The notes: a model not told the origin generated them from the letters alone. DNA of 64,000 bases from Candidatus Kaiserbacteria bacterium (GCA_027451665.1 DAIDIW010000001.1:95359-159358); one strand, 5' to 3'. Shown: positions 27,921 to 39,677, counted from the first letter of the stretch. A program made the numbers and translations.

Positions 27921-28156
27921 GCGCCTCCCAGAAGGAAGTTCAGTATCGCTATGAGCACGAGGAGTACCGCGATCCCTATGGTCGCGTTGAATAGGAATTT
28001 TTCAGCGCCCCTGCGCTTGTAGAATGTCGACGCGAAGTTATCGCCTCCGAAGGCTCCTCCCAAGGTCGCGCCGCGCTGTTGAAGCACGATGCCGACGATG
28101 AGAAGGATAGAGAGGATGATGATCGCGTATGGCAATGCCGATACGAGTGCCTCCAT
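27917..28156 (-). CDS. secG: Preprotein translocase subunit SecG
   Basis: MEALVSALPYAIIILSILLIVGIVLQQRGATLGGAFGG shows the SecG glycine-rich loop between two TM helices. Confidence 0.65.
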   Translation of the reverse strand: MEALVSALPYAIIILSILLIVGIVLQQRGATLGGAFGGDNFASTFYKRRGAEKFLFNATIGIAVLLVLIAILNFLLGGA

Positions 28157-28264
28157 CTGTACGGGAGACGATACCATAACCCGGGTTCCGGGCGCAACGC
28201 CGCGGCGCGCATAATGAAAAGCGCTCCGGACCGGAGTCCGAAGCGCTCAGACGGCACAGTCCGT

Positions 28265-28606
28265 CTATCCTAGTCCTGGCGGGATGACCCGCCACGCGAT
28301 AAGGACGAGCATGAGCGTACGTGCGCTCCGAAGAATCCAGTAGCACGCGAAGAGTGCAGCTACGGATGTGAGGATCAGGAGCGTGGCGGCCATGTCCTGC
28401 ATGGGAAAGACGTGGAGCAGGAGGTACGTGAGAAGTGCTAGCCAGACGAATACGGCGCATGCGGTCGAACTTACCGCGATGAGGGTTAAAAAGAACAGCG
28501 CCGCGAGCGCGGCGGCAGGGAGTGTGGGCAGCATGCGATATCTCCTCGCGTTTCGGCTCGCATCATCGTCCCGGAGCGTCCGCGCGTCAAGGAGTGGATA
28601 GCGCAA
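28265..28606 (-). CDS. Possible small membrane protein
   Basis: The ORF has three hydrophobic segments. No motif. Weak call. Confidence 0.2.
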   Translation of the reverse strand: MRYPLLDARTLRDDDASRNARRYRMLPTLPAAALAALFFLTLIAVSSTACAVFVWLALLTYLLLHVFPMQDMAATLLILTSVAALFACYWILRSARTLMLVLIAWRVIPPGLG

Positions 28607-28619
28607 GGGTCCGCCGCGC

Positions 28620-28648
28620 TTGAAACCTTCATGCGTCGAGCCTATACT
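28620..28648 (+). promoter_or_regulatory. Sigma-70-like promoter TTGAAA-N17-TATACT upstream of groES
   Basis: Read directly: -35 TTGAAA at 28620-28625, a 17-nt spacer, -10 TATACT at 28643-28648, about 40 nt upstream of the groES ATG. No CIRCE inverted repeat is present. Confidence 0.45.
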
Positions 28649-28687
28649 CTGCCCACTGGGCGATTATCCGTTTATATATGAAGACGT

Positions 28688-28990
28688 ATGGCTAAGAAGT
28701 TGGCACTTTCGCCGCTAGGCGACCGCATTGTCGTCTCACCTGCGGCCAAGGAGGAGAAAAAGCTCCCGTCGGGCATCATCATTCCCGAATCGGCAGATAA
28801 AGAGAAGCCGGCGCGAGGAAGGGTGGTGGCCGCGGGTCCGGGAAAGTTCGAGGACGGCGCCCGGGTCCCGATGACCGTGAAGGTCGGGGACACCGTGCTT
28901 TTCAGCAGATACGGCTATGACGAGGTAAAGGTGGATGGAGAGGAATACTACATTCTCCCCGAGTCCTCGGTACTCGCGATAATCAAGTAA
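28688..28990 (+). CDS. groES: Co-chaperonin GroES
   Basis: LSPLGDRIVVSPAAKEEKKLPSGIIIPESADKEKPARGRVVAAGPG is the GroES mobile loop and fold. Confidence 0.95.
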   Translation: MAKKLALSPLGDRIVVSPAAKEEKKLPSGIIIPESADKEKPARGRVVAAGPGKFEDGARVPMTVKVGDTVLFSRYGYDEVKVDGEEYYILPESSVLAIIK

Positions 28991-30622
<1,632 letters not shown>

Positions 30623-30659
30623 TGTTCGAGACGGATCGTTAGAAGAAAGCCGCGGCGCT

Positions 30660-31437
30660 CTACGCGCCGCGGCTTTCTTCTGCGGGCGGCAGTTCAGGCG
30701 GCTGTTCGTTATAGGTCACGACCTCCCAGCCGCGCCGCGCATTCCAGGCTTTCCAAGGATGCCACTCGCAGACCGTTATGGCGGCGTTATCCGACGCGTT
30801 GAAGAAGGAGAGCTTCACATAGTCCGCGGCGTGTAGATCGTTTCGATAGAGCAGGAAGGCGATGAGCATCTTGAGGAAGATGCTATGCGTGACGACGCAG
30901 GTTTCGCGGCCGCCTTCTTGCGCGAGGTACGTGAGGCAGTCCTTCGCCCGGTGCTTGAGGTCGATGAAATTCTCTTCGTCCGAATAGCGGTAGTCGTCTC
31001 CGTGGTAGCCCTTATCCATTGCGTCCACGATGCGCGCGACCTGGGGCTCATCACCATGCCTGCCGATTATCTCGGACGGATTGCGGCGTTCGCCGAGCAA
31101 ACGGGAATACCGTATCGGCACATGCAGGTGCGTATGTATGATGTCGGCGGTCTCGCGTGCGCGCTCGAACGGGCTCGCGAGTATGAGCGTGATGGGAAAG
31201 TGCGCAAGGTAGCGGCCAGTGCGTTCGGCCTGCGTTCGGCCTCGCGGCGAAAGCGGTCCCGCCTCTCCCTGACGGATTCCTTGCGCGTTCAGCACGGTTT
31301 CGCCGTGTCGTACGAAATAGTATCGCCGTGGGCGCATCCATATAAGAAGGAGAAGGAGGAGGATAAGAGTAAGGGCGACGGCGAGCCCGAAAGGCATTAA
31401 AAGCGCCGCAATGAGCGCCTTATAGACGTAACCTGTC
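30660..31437 (-). CDS. Histidine phosphatase (phosphoglycerate mutase) family protein with N-terminal TM helix
   Basis: RHGET motif YYFVRHGETVLNAQGIRQG follows a TM segment. The downstream catalytic His region CVVTHSIFLKML is present. Confidence 0.65.
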
Positions 31438-31536
31438 ATGCGCGCAGTATACCGTGCAGGATGGCGCAGTGGCGGCCGTATACCTGCGCAGATGCAGCAT
31501 TTTGCAGAATTGGTTAGAACGCCGTAGTATGGGTGC

Positions 31537-33057
31537 ATGCGTCTTCCGTCTTTCCTGCGCGGTATACCGCGGTGGCTCGCGATCGTTCTCGCGGTCGTCG
31601 TTCTCGCGGTCGTTGTTTTCCTCGTGCGCGGGTTAGGAGGCACGAGCTCTGCCGTTCCGGATTCCTCGGCAGGCACTACATCCTATGTCTCGGTCAAGAG
31701 TGTCGCGGCGCTGTCGGCTCCAATCGGACCGCTGCAGCTTACCGGTACCGTGACGCCGACCGATCAGGCGACTATCCTCGCACAAACCTCTGGAGAGCTT
31801 ACATCCTTGCCGGTATCGATCGGCGATCATGTCATCGCGGGGCAGATTATCGCTTCTTTCAGCAACGCAAGCCAGGAAGCCGCCGTCGAGCAGGCGCAGG
31901 GCGCCTATGACGCAGCCGAGGTGGGACTCGAGCGAACCGCGGGCAGTTTCGCGGCAAATGCGACGTCGGCCGTACTTGCGGCGCTCGCGAGCGGATATTC
32001 GTCGCTCGATGACGCGGTGCATACGCGCGCCGATCAGCTTTTCCTCAATCCGCGTTCGAGTGATCCGACGCTTGCGATAACGGTTCCAGACAGCACGCTC
32101 GTGAATACCTTGATTGCGGAACGCCTCGCGCTCGATCCGACGCTTGCGGATGTGCAGGCGCTCATGAATGAGTCTGCGACGACATCGGTTGCGACGCTGA
32201 CCGCGCGCGCTACGAGCGATGTGCAGCAGGTGCTCACGTTCCTCAATAACCTCATCGCCGCCGTGAATGAGACGCCGCCATCGCAGAGCACCTCGGCGTC
32301 AACCCTTGCCGCGTATCAGACCTCGCTTGCGACCGCGCGCACGGAAACGGTCGCCGTGCTCACGGGTATAACGAGTGCGAAGACCGCCTATGACGCAAAT
32401 AGCGTGACCGCTGCACAGGCTGCCGTAAAGCAGGCGGCCGGCGCGCTCGCAGCCGCCAAAGCGGAACTCGAGAAGACGCTCGTCCGCGCGCCCATCTCGG
32501 GGCTCATCGTGAGCCTCCCGGTATCGCTCGGTGATTACGTCTCTCAGAACGGGCAGGTTGCGATTGTCTCGAACCCCGGATCGCTTTATCTCGATCTCGC
32601 GGTCACCTCGTCGGACGCGAAGACGCTCTCGGTGGGGAACGCCGCAGTCATAAGCGGGTCGGTTCCCGGCGTCATCACCTTCATCGCGCCAGCGCTCGAT
32701 CCCTCGACCGGAAAGATCGAGGTGAAGGTGGGCATCACGGGTGACCAGCACACGCTCACGGCAGGCGAAGTCGTACCGGTCTCGCTTACGCGCACGAGCG
32801 TGCCGGACGGCGCGATTGCTGAGCTCACGATTCCCATCGTCGCGGCGAAGATACTGCCGAGCGGTCCGGCCGTATTCACCGTGTCGACCACTTCGGCGCT
32901 TGTCGCGCATCCGATCACGCTCGGCGCCATCCTCGGCGACCGTGTCGTCGTCGCCTCTGGACTCACACCGACGATGCAGATCGTCACCGATGCCCGTGGT
33001 CTCGCGGCCGGGCAGACCGTCGTGGTGTCCACTACGACGGCGACCACCACGCCCTGA
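31537..33057 (+). CDS. Efflux RND periplasmic adaptor (membrane fusion protein)
   Basis: N-terminal TM, coiled-coil region and a beta-barrel/lipoyl-like segment LTGTVTPTDQATILAQTSGELTSLPVSIGDHVIAGQIIASF. Confidence 0.7.
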   Translation: MRLPSFLRGIPRWLAIVLAVVVLAVVVFLVRGLGGTSSAVPDSSAGTTSYVSVKSVAALSAPIGPLQLTGTVTPTDQATILAQTSGELTSLPVSIGDHVIAGQIIASFSNASQEAAVEQAQGAYDAAEVGLERTAGSFAANATSAVLAALASGYSSLDDAVHTRADQLFLNPRSSDPTLAITVPDSTLVNTLIAERLALDPTLADVQALMNESATTSVATLTARATSDVQQVLTFLNNLIAAVNETPPSQSTSASTLAAYQTSLATARTETVAVLTGITSAKTAYDANSVTAAQAAVKQAAGALAAAKAELEKTLVRAPISGLIVSLPVSLGDYVSQNGQVAIVSNPGSLYLDLAVTSSDAKTLSVGNAAVISGSVPGVITFIAPALDPSTGKIEVKVGITGDQHTLTAGEVVPVSLTRTSVPDGAIAELTIPIVAAKILPSGPAVFTVSTTSALVAHPITLGAILGDRVVVASGLTPTMQIVTDARGLAAGQTVVVSTTTATTTP

Positions 33058-33059
33058 TC

Positions 33060-36000
33060 ATGCTCTGGCTCTGGAATTTCTTCCTCGAGAAGCGACAGTT
33101 CAGCTATGTGCTTCTCAGTGCGCTTGTACTTGCGGGCCTCGGCGCGCTCATCGCCATACCGAAGGAGAATGCGCCCTCGATCGTCATTCCGGACGGATTC
33201 GTGATTACCACGATGCCAGGCGCTTCGGCGGCTGACATGGAGACTCTCGTGACCGACAAGCTCGAGAACCAGATCTCGGGCGTTGCCAATATCGACACGC
33301 TCACCTCGGTGTCTTCGGATGGCGTCTCGGAGATAACCGCTCAGTTCGATGCGAATGCTGACATCAATCAGTCGATACAGGACCTTCGGGATGCGGTAGC
33401 GAAGGCGGTACCGGATCTGCCCGCGGACGCGTCCGCACCGTCTGTCGAGAAGATAAATTTCAGTGATCAGCCGATCCTCGTAGCTTCGATCGCGGGCGAT
33501 CTGCCGCCCACCGAGTTTTCTGCGCTCGGGAAGCAGCTCTCCGATACGCTCACGAGCATCACCGGCGTCTCGCAGGTTTCGGTTGCCGGCGTGCCGCCTG
33601 AGGAGGTCGATGTCATCGTGAAGAAGGAAGCGCTCGCCCAGTATGGGATCTCACTCGCGCAAGTATTGAGCGCGATCCAGGCGTCGAATGCCGCCTTGCC
33701 GGCCGGAAGCATCACGATGAACGGCGTTCAGTACGACGTGAACTTCAAGGGCGGCATCACTCATCCATCGCAGATAGCGGATATCGCCGTGGGGCAGGTG
33801 GGCGGCGCACCGCTCTATCTGCGCGATATTGCTCAGATTTCGGACGGGCTCGCTCCGGCGACGACCTATTCCCGGCTTTCGCTCGGCGGGAAGCCGTCCG
33901 CGCAGGCAATCACGCTCACGGTCTATCGCCAGTCAGGCGCGCCGATCGCAGCAACGGCAAACGCGGTTCGACAGAAGCTGCAGTCGCTCGAGGGCACGAC
34001 GCTTAAGGGGCTCACGGTGTTCATCCCGCCCTCGACCGATCAGGGAACGCAGATCGCGCAACAGCTCGGTGATCTCGCAGACACGGGCATCGTGACCGTG
34101 CTCCTCGTGCTCCTCGTGCTTTTCATAACGATCGGTTGGCGTGAATCGCTTGTCGCGGCGCTCTCGATTCCAATCTCCTTCCTTATCGCGTTCCTCGGGC
34201 TCTATCTCACGGGGAATACGCTCAACTTCATCTCGCTCTTCGCACTCATCCTCGCGGTGGGTATCCTCGTCGATTCGGGCATCGTGGTCACCGAAGCTAT
34301 CCACGCGCGCATGCGCCTGTATCATGATCCGCTGAAAGCGGCGCAGATGGCGCTTCGCGATTATGCCTGGCCGCTCATCGCCGGAACGATGGCGACTGTC
34401 GCCGTCTTCGCCCCACTTTTCTTCATCCGCGGCATCGTCGGCAAGTTCATCGCCGGCATCCCGTATACGCTCATCTTCGTTCTCATCGCGTCCATCTTCG
34501 TGGCGCTCGGTCTCGTGCCGCTCATCGCCATCCTGCTTACGAAGCGCGGTGCGGCCTCGGATTGGGAACGCAGGCAGGAGGACTACACCGACCGTATCAC
34601 CAATTGGTATAAGCGGTTCCTCCGCAGCCTTCTCGAGAATCGCCGCGCGCAGCGGTGGTTCCTGCGGACACTCGGTATCCTGTTCGTTGTTTCGCTTGCG
34701 CTGCCGCTTACCGGTCTCGTCACCACGGTTTTCTTCCCGCAGGATAATCAGGATTACGTATACATCAATATCGAGAAACCGGTCGGCACGACGCTCGCCG
34801 AGACCGATCTCGCGGCGCGCGAAGTCGAGGAGCTGCTCTATCACGATCCGCACATTGCCTCGTTCCAGACGACTGTGGGCGAGGCGTCGGCACTCGCCGG
34901 CGGAATCCAGCCGGGCACGGGCGGCGCAACGAATGACGCAAACATAACCGTGAATCTCCCGAAGCCTCGTTCGTTCACCTCGACTCAAGTTGTGAACGAG
35001 CTCGAGAAGCGGCTTGCGGTGGTGCACGATGCACAGGTGCAGGTGTTGCAGTCGTCGAACGGTCCTCCGGGCGGCGCGCCCATTGAGATCCGGTTCGAAG
35101 GGAACAATTTGAACGACCTCATTTCTGCGGCAAATGCGGGGCGTGAGCTCCTCGCGTCGATCCCGGGGGTCACGAACATAACCTCGAGCACACAGAACAA
35201 CGGCACCGAGTTCGATCTCGCAATCGATCGTGCAAAGGCTGCGGCGCTCGGCGTCACGCCGGCCGAAGTCGCGCAGACGCTCCGCACGGCGATAAACGGA
35301 ACGAAGGCCACCACTATCACCGAACCAGGGCAGGATATCGATGTGATGGTGAAGCTGAATCTGAATCCCGCATACCTCACCCCAGACCAGACGTCGCAAA
35401 CGACGCTCGATAGCATTCAGAATCTCACAGTGCCCGGTGCGAAGGGTCCGGTGCTCCTCGGCTCGGTGCTCTCGGCGAGTCTCGGTCAGGCGAACGCGAG
35501 CATCGCGCACTACAACAAGGTGCGCGAGGAAACGGTATCTGCATATCCGGATTCGAAGACGACCGCGACGCAAGTGGTCGCGCAATTCCAGTCGCGCGTG
35601 AAGGAGCTCGGATTGCCCGCAGGCGTTACGGTCGCCTATGGTGGAGAGACGCAGAACATCAATCAGTCGTTCACCGATATGTTCGTTGCCCTCATCGCGG
35701 GACTTCTCTTCATGTTCATGATTCTCATCATCGCGTTCAACTCGTTCCGCCATACGTGGCACCTCCTCGTCATCGTGCCGCTCTCGCTGATCGGTGTCTT
35801 GGACGGCCTCGCGCTCGTGGGGCTTCCGGTATCGTTCTCTTCACTCCTCGGCGTCATCGCACTCGGCGGGGTCATCGTGAACCACGCCATCATCCTCATG
35901 GACTCGATGATCAAACATGCGAAGGAGGAGCCGGGCAAGCCGCTCATCGACGTGGTCGTCGATAGTGCCGCGACACGTTTGCGCCCCATCATCCTCACGA

Positions 36001-36167
36001 CGATTGCGACGGTCATCGGCATGGTGCCGCTTTCCTTCACGAACGCGACCTGGGCGCCCTTGGCGTACTCGATCATGTTCGGTCTCGCGTTCGCGATTGT
36101 GCTCACGCTCGCGCTCGTTCCCGTCCTCTTCTTCCGCTCGCCGCATCCGGAACGCGCGCAAGGGTAG
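33060..36167 (+). CDS. RND family efflux transporter permease (AcrB/MMPL-like)
   Basis: 1035 aa with a 12-TM architecture and two large periplasmic loops. It lies directly downstream of the adaptor. Confidence 0.85.
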   Translation: MLWLWNFFLEKRQFSYVLLSALVLAGLGALIAIPKENAPSIVIPDGFVITTMPGASAADMETLVTDKLENQISGVANIDTLTSVSSDGVSEITAQFDANADINQSIQDLRDAVAKAVPDLPADASAPSVEKINFSDQPILVASIAGDLPPTEFSALGKQLSDTLTSITGVSQVSVAGVPPEEVDVIVKKEALAQYGISLAQVLSAIQASNAALPAGSITMNGVQYDVNFKGGITHPSQIADIAVGQVGGAPLYLRDIAQISDGLAPATTYSRLSLGGKPSAQAITLTVYRQSGAPIAATANAVRQKLQSLEGTTLKGLTVFIPPSTDQGTQIAQQLGDLADTGIVTVLLVLLVLFITIGWRESLVAALSIPISFLIAFLGLYLTGNTLNFISLFALILAVGILVDSGIVVTEAIHARMRLYHDPLKAAQMALRDYAWPLIAGTMATVAVFAPLFFIRGIVGKFIAGIPYTLIFVLIASIFVALGLVPLIAILLTKRGAASDWERRQEDYTDRITNWYKRFLRSLLENRRAQRWFLRTLGILFVVSLALPLTGLVTTVFFPQDNQDYVYINIEKPVGTTLAETDLAAREVEELLYHDPHIASFQTTVGEASALAGGIQPGTGGATNDANITVNLPKPRSFTSTQVVNELEKRLAVVHDAQVQVLQSSNGPPGGAPIEIRFEGNNLNDLISAANAGRELLASIPGVTNITSSTQNNGTEFDLAIDRAKAAALGVTPAEVAQTLRTAINGTKATTITEPGQDIDVMVKLNLNPAYLTPDQTSQTTLDSIQNLTVPGAKGPVLLGSVLSASLGQANASIAHYNKVREETVSAYPDSKTTATQVVAQFQSRVKELGLPAGVTVAYGGETQNINQSFTDMFVALIAGLLFMFMILIIAFNSFRHTWHLLVIVPLSLIGVLDGLALVGLPVSFSSLLGVIALGGVIVNHAIILMDSMIKHAKEEPGKPLIDVVVDSAATRLRPIILTTIATVIGMVPLSFTNATWAPLAYSIMFGLAFAIVLTLALVPVLFFRSPHPERAQG

Positions 36168-36182
36168 TGCTAGGATACAGTC

Positions 36183-36356
36183 ATGAGTTCGAAGAATCTC
36201 ATCTGGGGAGGGATGTTCATCGGTGGCTTCATCGGGAACGCCGTCCCGTTCCTCTGGGGCGGAGGGCTCATGGCCTATACGTTCTGGAGCACCGTCGGCG
36301 GCTTCGCCGGCATCTACGTGGGCTACAAGCTCGCGAAAGCCACCGGCGCGCTCTGA
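36183..36356 (+). CDS. Possible small membrane protein (57 aa, Gly-zipper-like)
   Basis: MSSKNLIWGGMFIGGFIGNAVPFLWGGGLMAYTFWSTVGGFAGIYVGYKLAKATGAL. It was found by reading the frame and is not in the ORF track (too short). Confidence 0.3.
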   Translation: MSSKNLIWGGMFIGGFIGNAVPFLWGGGLMAYTFWSTVGGFAGIYVGYKLAKATGAL

Positions 36357-36473
36357 GCGAAAAGTTGCGGACTCTCGGCTCACATCCCGGCGCATTTCGG
36401 CGGTTTTCTGGCGCCGCGCCTTCTTTATTTCATGAGGTGAATCATGGTAAGGTACGCGGGTGCATAGCCACCT

Positions 36474-36562
36474 GGAGAGGTGGGTGAGTGGCTGAAACCG
36501 GCAGGTTGCTAACTTGTTATACGGGTAAAACCGTATCGAGGGTTCGAATCCCTCCCTCTCCG
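36474..36562 (+). tRNA. tRNA-Ser (anticodon GCT), class II with long variable arm. CCA is not encoded.
   Basis: Acceptor GGAGAGG/CCTCTCC. Anticodon loop TTGCTAA. Variable arm TACGGGTAAAACCGTA. T-arm GAGGG-TTCGAAT-CCCTC. Discriminator G. Confidence 0.75.
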
Positions 36563-36966
36563 CCCTTAGAAAAAAGTATCGGACTGACCCGAGTACTTAA
36601 AAATTAAAAGAAGAAAGGCCCGACCGAAGTCGAGCCTGAAAAAGCGGGGTTGGCAGAAATGCCGATAAATCTTTCCCCTTGCGGGCTTATGAGCGGTATT
36701 AGCTCAGCAAGACTGAGTTATTCCCCAGCACTTCCTGAAGTTCCCTTGCGGGACCTCTCACCTTGGTTGCCCAAAGACCAACCCTACTATGACTTTATTA
36801 GAAACGTGATTACCAGTCAACTCTTATGACCCGAGAGCCTCGACAAGCCACACGTGGATGCGCCCAAAATACCCTTGCGGTGCTTTATCTACATTTTCTG
36901 AATCCCGCCGAAGTTTTTAGTATCGGCAGACCCTAGCACCTAGATCTTGTCATTCGAGGTAATATG
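36563..36966. other. AT-rich (~45% GC) 400-bp spacer after tRNA-Ser with internal direct repeats
   Basis: AGTATCGGACTGACCC (36575-36590) and AGTATCGGCAGACCC (36919-36933) flank the region. CCCTTGCGG(G) occurs three times (36676, 36743, 36872). There is no convincing ORF. Confidence 0.4.
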
Positions 36967-37066
36967 ACCATTGATGGGGGATGGTTTAGTAGTGAGAATG
37001 ATGCAGATGAATTCGATGCAGACCTGGAGTCGTATCCAGCGGCAGAAGTCTCCAGCCTTTTTTCGC

Positions 37067-37672
37067 ATGACGACGAACAGCAGAACGAAATCACGTTGCG
37101 CCTGGGCGCCGCTAAATAAGTCCGATTACATCGCGTACCACGACCGCGAGTGGGGGAGACCCGTGCATGACGATCGAAGACTTTTCGAAATGCTTATTCT
37201 CGAAGGCGCTCAAGCAGGACTGAGCTGGTACACGATCTTGCGCCGCCGAGAAGGATACCGACGCGTGTTTAAGCGCTTCGACCCCGCACGCGTGGCGGCA
37301 ATGACCGATGCCGAATTGAAGCGGGCGCTTGCCGACGACGGCATTATCCGCAACCGGCTCAAGGTGTATGCGGCGCGCACCAACGCACGGGTAGTTCTTT
37401 CAATACAGAAAGAATTCGGCTCGTTCGACAAGTACCTCTGGCGCTTTGTCGGCGGCAAGCCGATTATGCATCGGCCAAAAACGCTCAAAAATATCCCAGC
37501 GGGCATCCCAGAATCTGAGGCGCTCTCTAAAGACCTTAAGAAGCGCGGGATGAGCTTCGTGGGTGGAGGCATGACCTATGCCTACATGCAGGCGGTCGGT
37601 CTCGTGAACGATCACATGCACGATTGCTACCTAGTGCGTCCCGAAAGGATTCGAACCGCCCTTCAGAAATAG
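37067..37672 (+). CDS. tag: DNA-3-methyladenine glycosylase I
   Basis: RCAWAPLNKSDYIAYHDREWGRPVHDDRRLFEMLILEGAQAGLSWYTIL matches the Tag family closely, including the zinc-site residues. Confidence 0.85.
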   Translation: MTTNSRTKSRCAWAPLNKSDYIAYHDREWGRPVHDDRRLFEMLILEGAQAGLSWYTILRRREGYRRVFKRFDPARVAAMTDAELKRALADDGIIRNRLKVYAARTNARVVLSIQKEFGSFDKYLWRFVGGKPIMHRPKTLKNIPAGIPESEALSKDLKKRGMSFVGGGMTYAYMQAVGLVNDHMHDCYLVRPERIRTALQK

Positions 37673-37855
37673 AATCGTAGTAATAAGTGTAAGCCAGGCG
37701 AAGGGGCAACCCGGACAGTGAGAGTCCCCGATCCGGACAGAAGCCGGGCAGCTGTGCGTCGTCAAAGAACTTCCGTTTGATTCGACCGTCGACGAAGAGT
37801 CGTGCTGAAGGGAAGAACTGATCGAGGAACTGCCGCATGATAGTATTATCCTCAC

Positions 37856-38920
37856 ATGTCATTCTTGGGTAACTTTTTTAAGAAAAAGAGTGGAAGCGTG
37901 CTCGGTGTCGACATCGGTTCGTCCTCGCTCAAGGTGGTGCAGCTGAAGAAGGAGCACGGCAAGGCCGTTCTCGAGACGTACGGCGAGCTCGCGCTTGGAC
38001 CGTATGCGGGTGAGGAGGTGGGTCAGGCGACGAATCTCGCGCCGGAGCAGATTGCGGAGACCTTGCGTGATCTCATGCGTGAAGCGAAGGTCACGACGAA
38101 AGAGGCGGGCGTCTCGATACCGTTCGCGCGCTCCTTGCTCACGCTCGTCACGCTCCCGTATCGCGAAAACCCTAAGGAACAGCGCACCGTCATCGAGCTC
38201 GAAGCCCGCAAGTACGTCCCAGTCCCGATAAGCGAAGTACAGCTCGACTGGTTCGTCGTCCCGGACTCTGGCACCTCTGATGGGGCACAGAAGAAACATG
38301 TCGAAGTGCTGCTTGTCGCCGTCCATAATGATGAGCTTAAATTCCTCCAGAACGTAGTGAGCGGCGCCAAGCTGGCAGCCTCTTTCTATGAAATCGAGAT
38401 ATTCAGTACCATCCGCGCGGTTGTGAACGAGCCCGTGAAGCCTGTCATGGTGCTTGATATCGGCGCAACAACGACGAAAGCGTACGTCGTTGAGCGCGGC
38501 GTGGTCGCGCTTTCGCATGCCATTGCGTCGGGAAGTCAGGACATCACGAGGGCGATTGCCGCGTCGAAAAACCTCACGCTCTCTCGCGCAGAAGCTTTGA
38601 AGAAAGAACAAGGTCTCGTGGGCGGCGACGCGAGCACGCCGGAGACGGTGTTCTCCAGGATCTTCTCAGAAGCTCGGCGCGTACTCATGCAGTATGAGAC
38701 GGCGCATGGCAAGGCGGTCACCACAATCGTGCTCACGGGCGGCGGCGGCGTCACAAAGGAGCTTCGCGCGTACGCGAAACAGTTCTTCTCGATAGATGTA
38801 CAGATCGCGGATCCGTTCGCAAAGACTGAAGCGCCCGCATTCATGCGGCCGGTCCTCGAGGAGATCGGGCCGGAGTTCGCGGTCGCCGTCGGCATTGCCC
38901 TTCGGAAACTCGAAAGCTAA
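37856..38920 (+). CDS. pilM: Type IV pilus assembly protein PilM (actin-like ATPase)
   Basis: VLGVDIGSSSLKVVQLKKEHGKAVLETYGE is the PilM/FtsA-like N-terminus. 354 aa. First gene of the pilus cluster. Confidence 0.8.
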   Translation: MSFLGNFFKKKSGSVLGVDIGSSSLKVVQLKKEHGKAVLETYGELALGPYAGEEVGQATNLAPEQIAETLRDLMREAKVTTKEAGVSIPFARSLLTLVTLPYRENPKEQRTVIELEARKYVPVPISEVQLDWFVVPDSGTSDGAQKKHVEVLLVAVHNDELKFLQNVVSGAKLAASFYEIEIFSTIRAVVNEPVKPVMVLDIGATTTKAYVVERGVVALSHAIASGSQDITRAIAASKNLTLSRAEALKKEQGLVGGDASTPETVFSRIFSEARRVLMQYETAHGKAVTTIVLTGGGGVTKELRAYAKQFFSIDVQIADPFAKTEAPAFMRPVLEEIGPEFAVAVGIALRKLES

Positions 38921-39008
38921 CAACGATAGATCTGCGCGCCGTTTGTCCCCACAACGCGCGCGCACGCGCCGCGGTCTTGCAGCCGCAGGAGGTATACTTC
39001 GGGTACGC

Positions 39009-39677
39009 ATGGCGCTTCCTCCGACCATACCGACTTCCTTCGTACCGCATCCGGGTGGCGCGACACCGAAGCGCTACCGCGCCGATTTCACAGGCGCGTT
39101 CGCGTTTTTCGCGTACGGCGTACTCGGTATAGTCGTGATTCTCGCGCTTGGCGTGTTCTTCTACGGACGTATCCTCGCATCTGAACAAGCGGCGAAGGAC
39201 GCAGCTCTACAGAAGGCCGAGTCGAGCATAAATCCTCAGACCGTTACCGAATTCGTCCGCCTGCGCGACCGGCTCTCTGCGAGCAAGCAGCTCCTCGATG
39301 CGCATGTCGCTTTTTCGCAGTTCTTCACGACCCTTGAGCAGATCCTCCCCGCGAGCGTACAGTTCGATGATCTTGAGGTCTCGATCGGCCATGGCGGCAC
39401 GCCGACGCTCAAAGGTACGGGAACGGCGAAGAATTTCAATGCGCTTGCGGCAGCGTCGAACTCGTTTGCGCAGAACGGCACCATAAAGGATGCGATTTTC
39501 TCAAACATAAAGATAAATCAGGATGGTACCGTCGCCTTCGCCATCTCGGCGACGCTTGATCCGAAGGTCATCGCCTATGCGCCGACCGCACTTGCTTCGG
39601 CTTCCACGACGCCTACGGCCGGCAGCACGGGATCGACCGTCGCGTCTTCCTCTTCGGCAACTAGTACTGCACCATGA
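39009..39677 (+). CDS. pilN: PilN-like pilus assembly protein
   Basis: A single TM (FAFFAYGVLGIVVILALGVFFYG) is followed by a periplasmic domain. The position after pilM supports the call. Confidence 0.5.
   Translation: MALPPTIPTSFVPHPGGATPKRYRADFTGAFAFFAYGVLGIVVILALGVFFYGRILASEQAAKDAALQKAESSINPQTVTEFVRLRDRLSASKQLLDAHVAFSQFFTTLEQILPASVQFDDLEVSIGHGGTPTLKGTGTAKNFNALAAASNSFAQNGTIKDAIFSNIKINQDGTVAFAISATLDPKVIAYAPTALASASTTPTAGSTGSTVASSSSATSTAP

Noticed and set aside
33933-35762. 609-aa minus-strand ORF
   Set aside because: It is antisense to the RND permease gene and has an Arg/Glu-rich low-complexity translation with no motifs.
36971-37066. N-terminal extension MMGDGLVVRMMQMNSMQ of the tag ORF
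   Set aside because: It lies in the AT-rich spacer, and Tag homologs begin near RCAWA. The start was moved to 37067.
37640-37662. tRNA T-loop-like motif GGATTCGAACC on the minus strand
   Set aside because: It lies inside the tag coding frame (..RPERIRTAL..). No acceptor or anticodon stems can be built, so it is a chance match.
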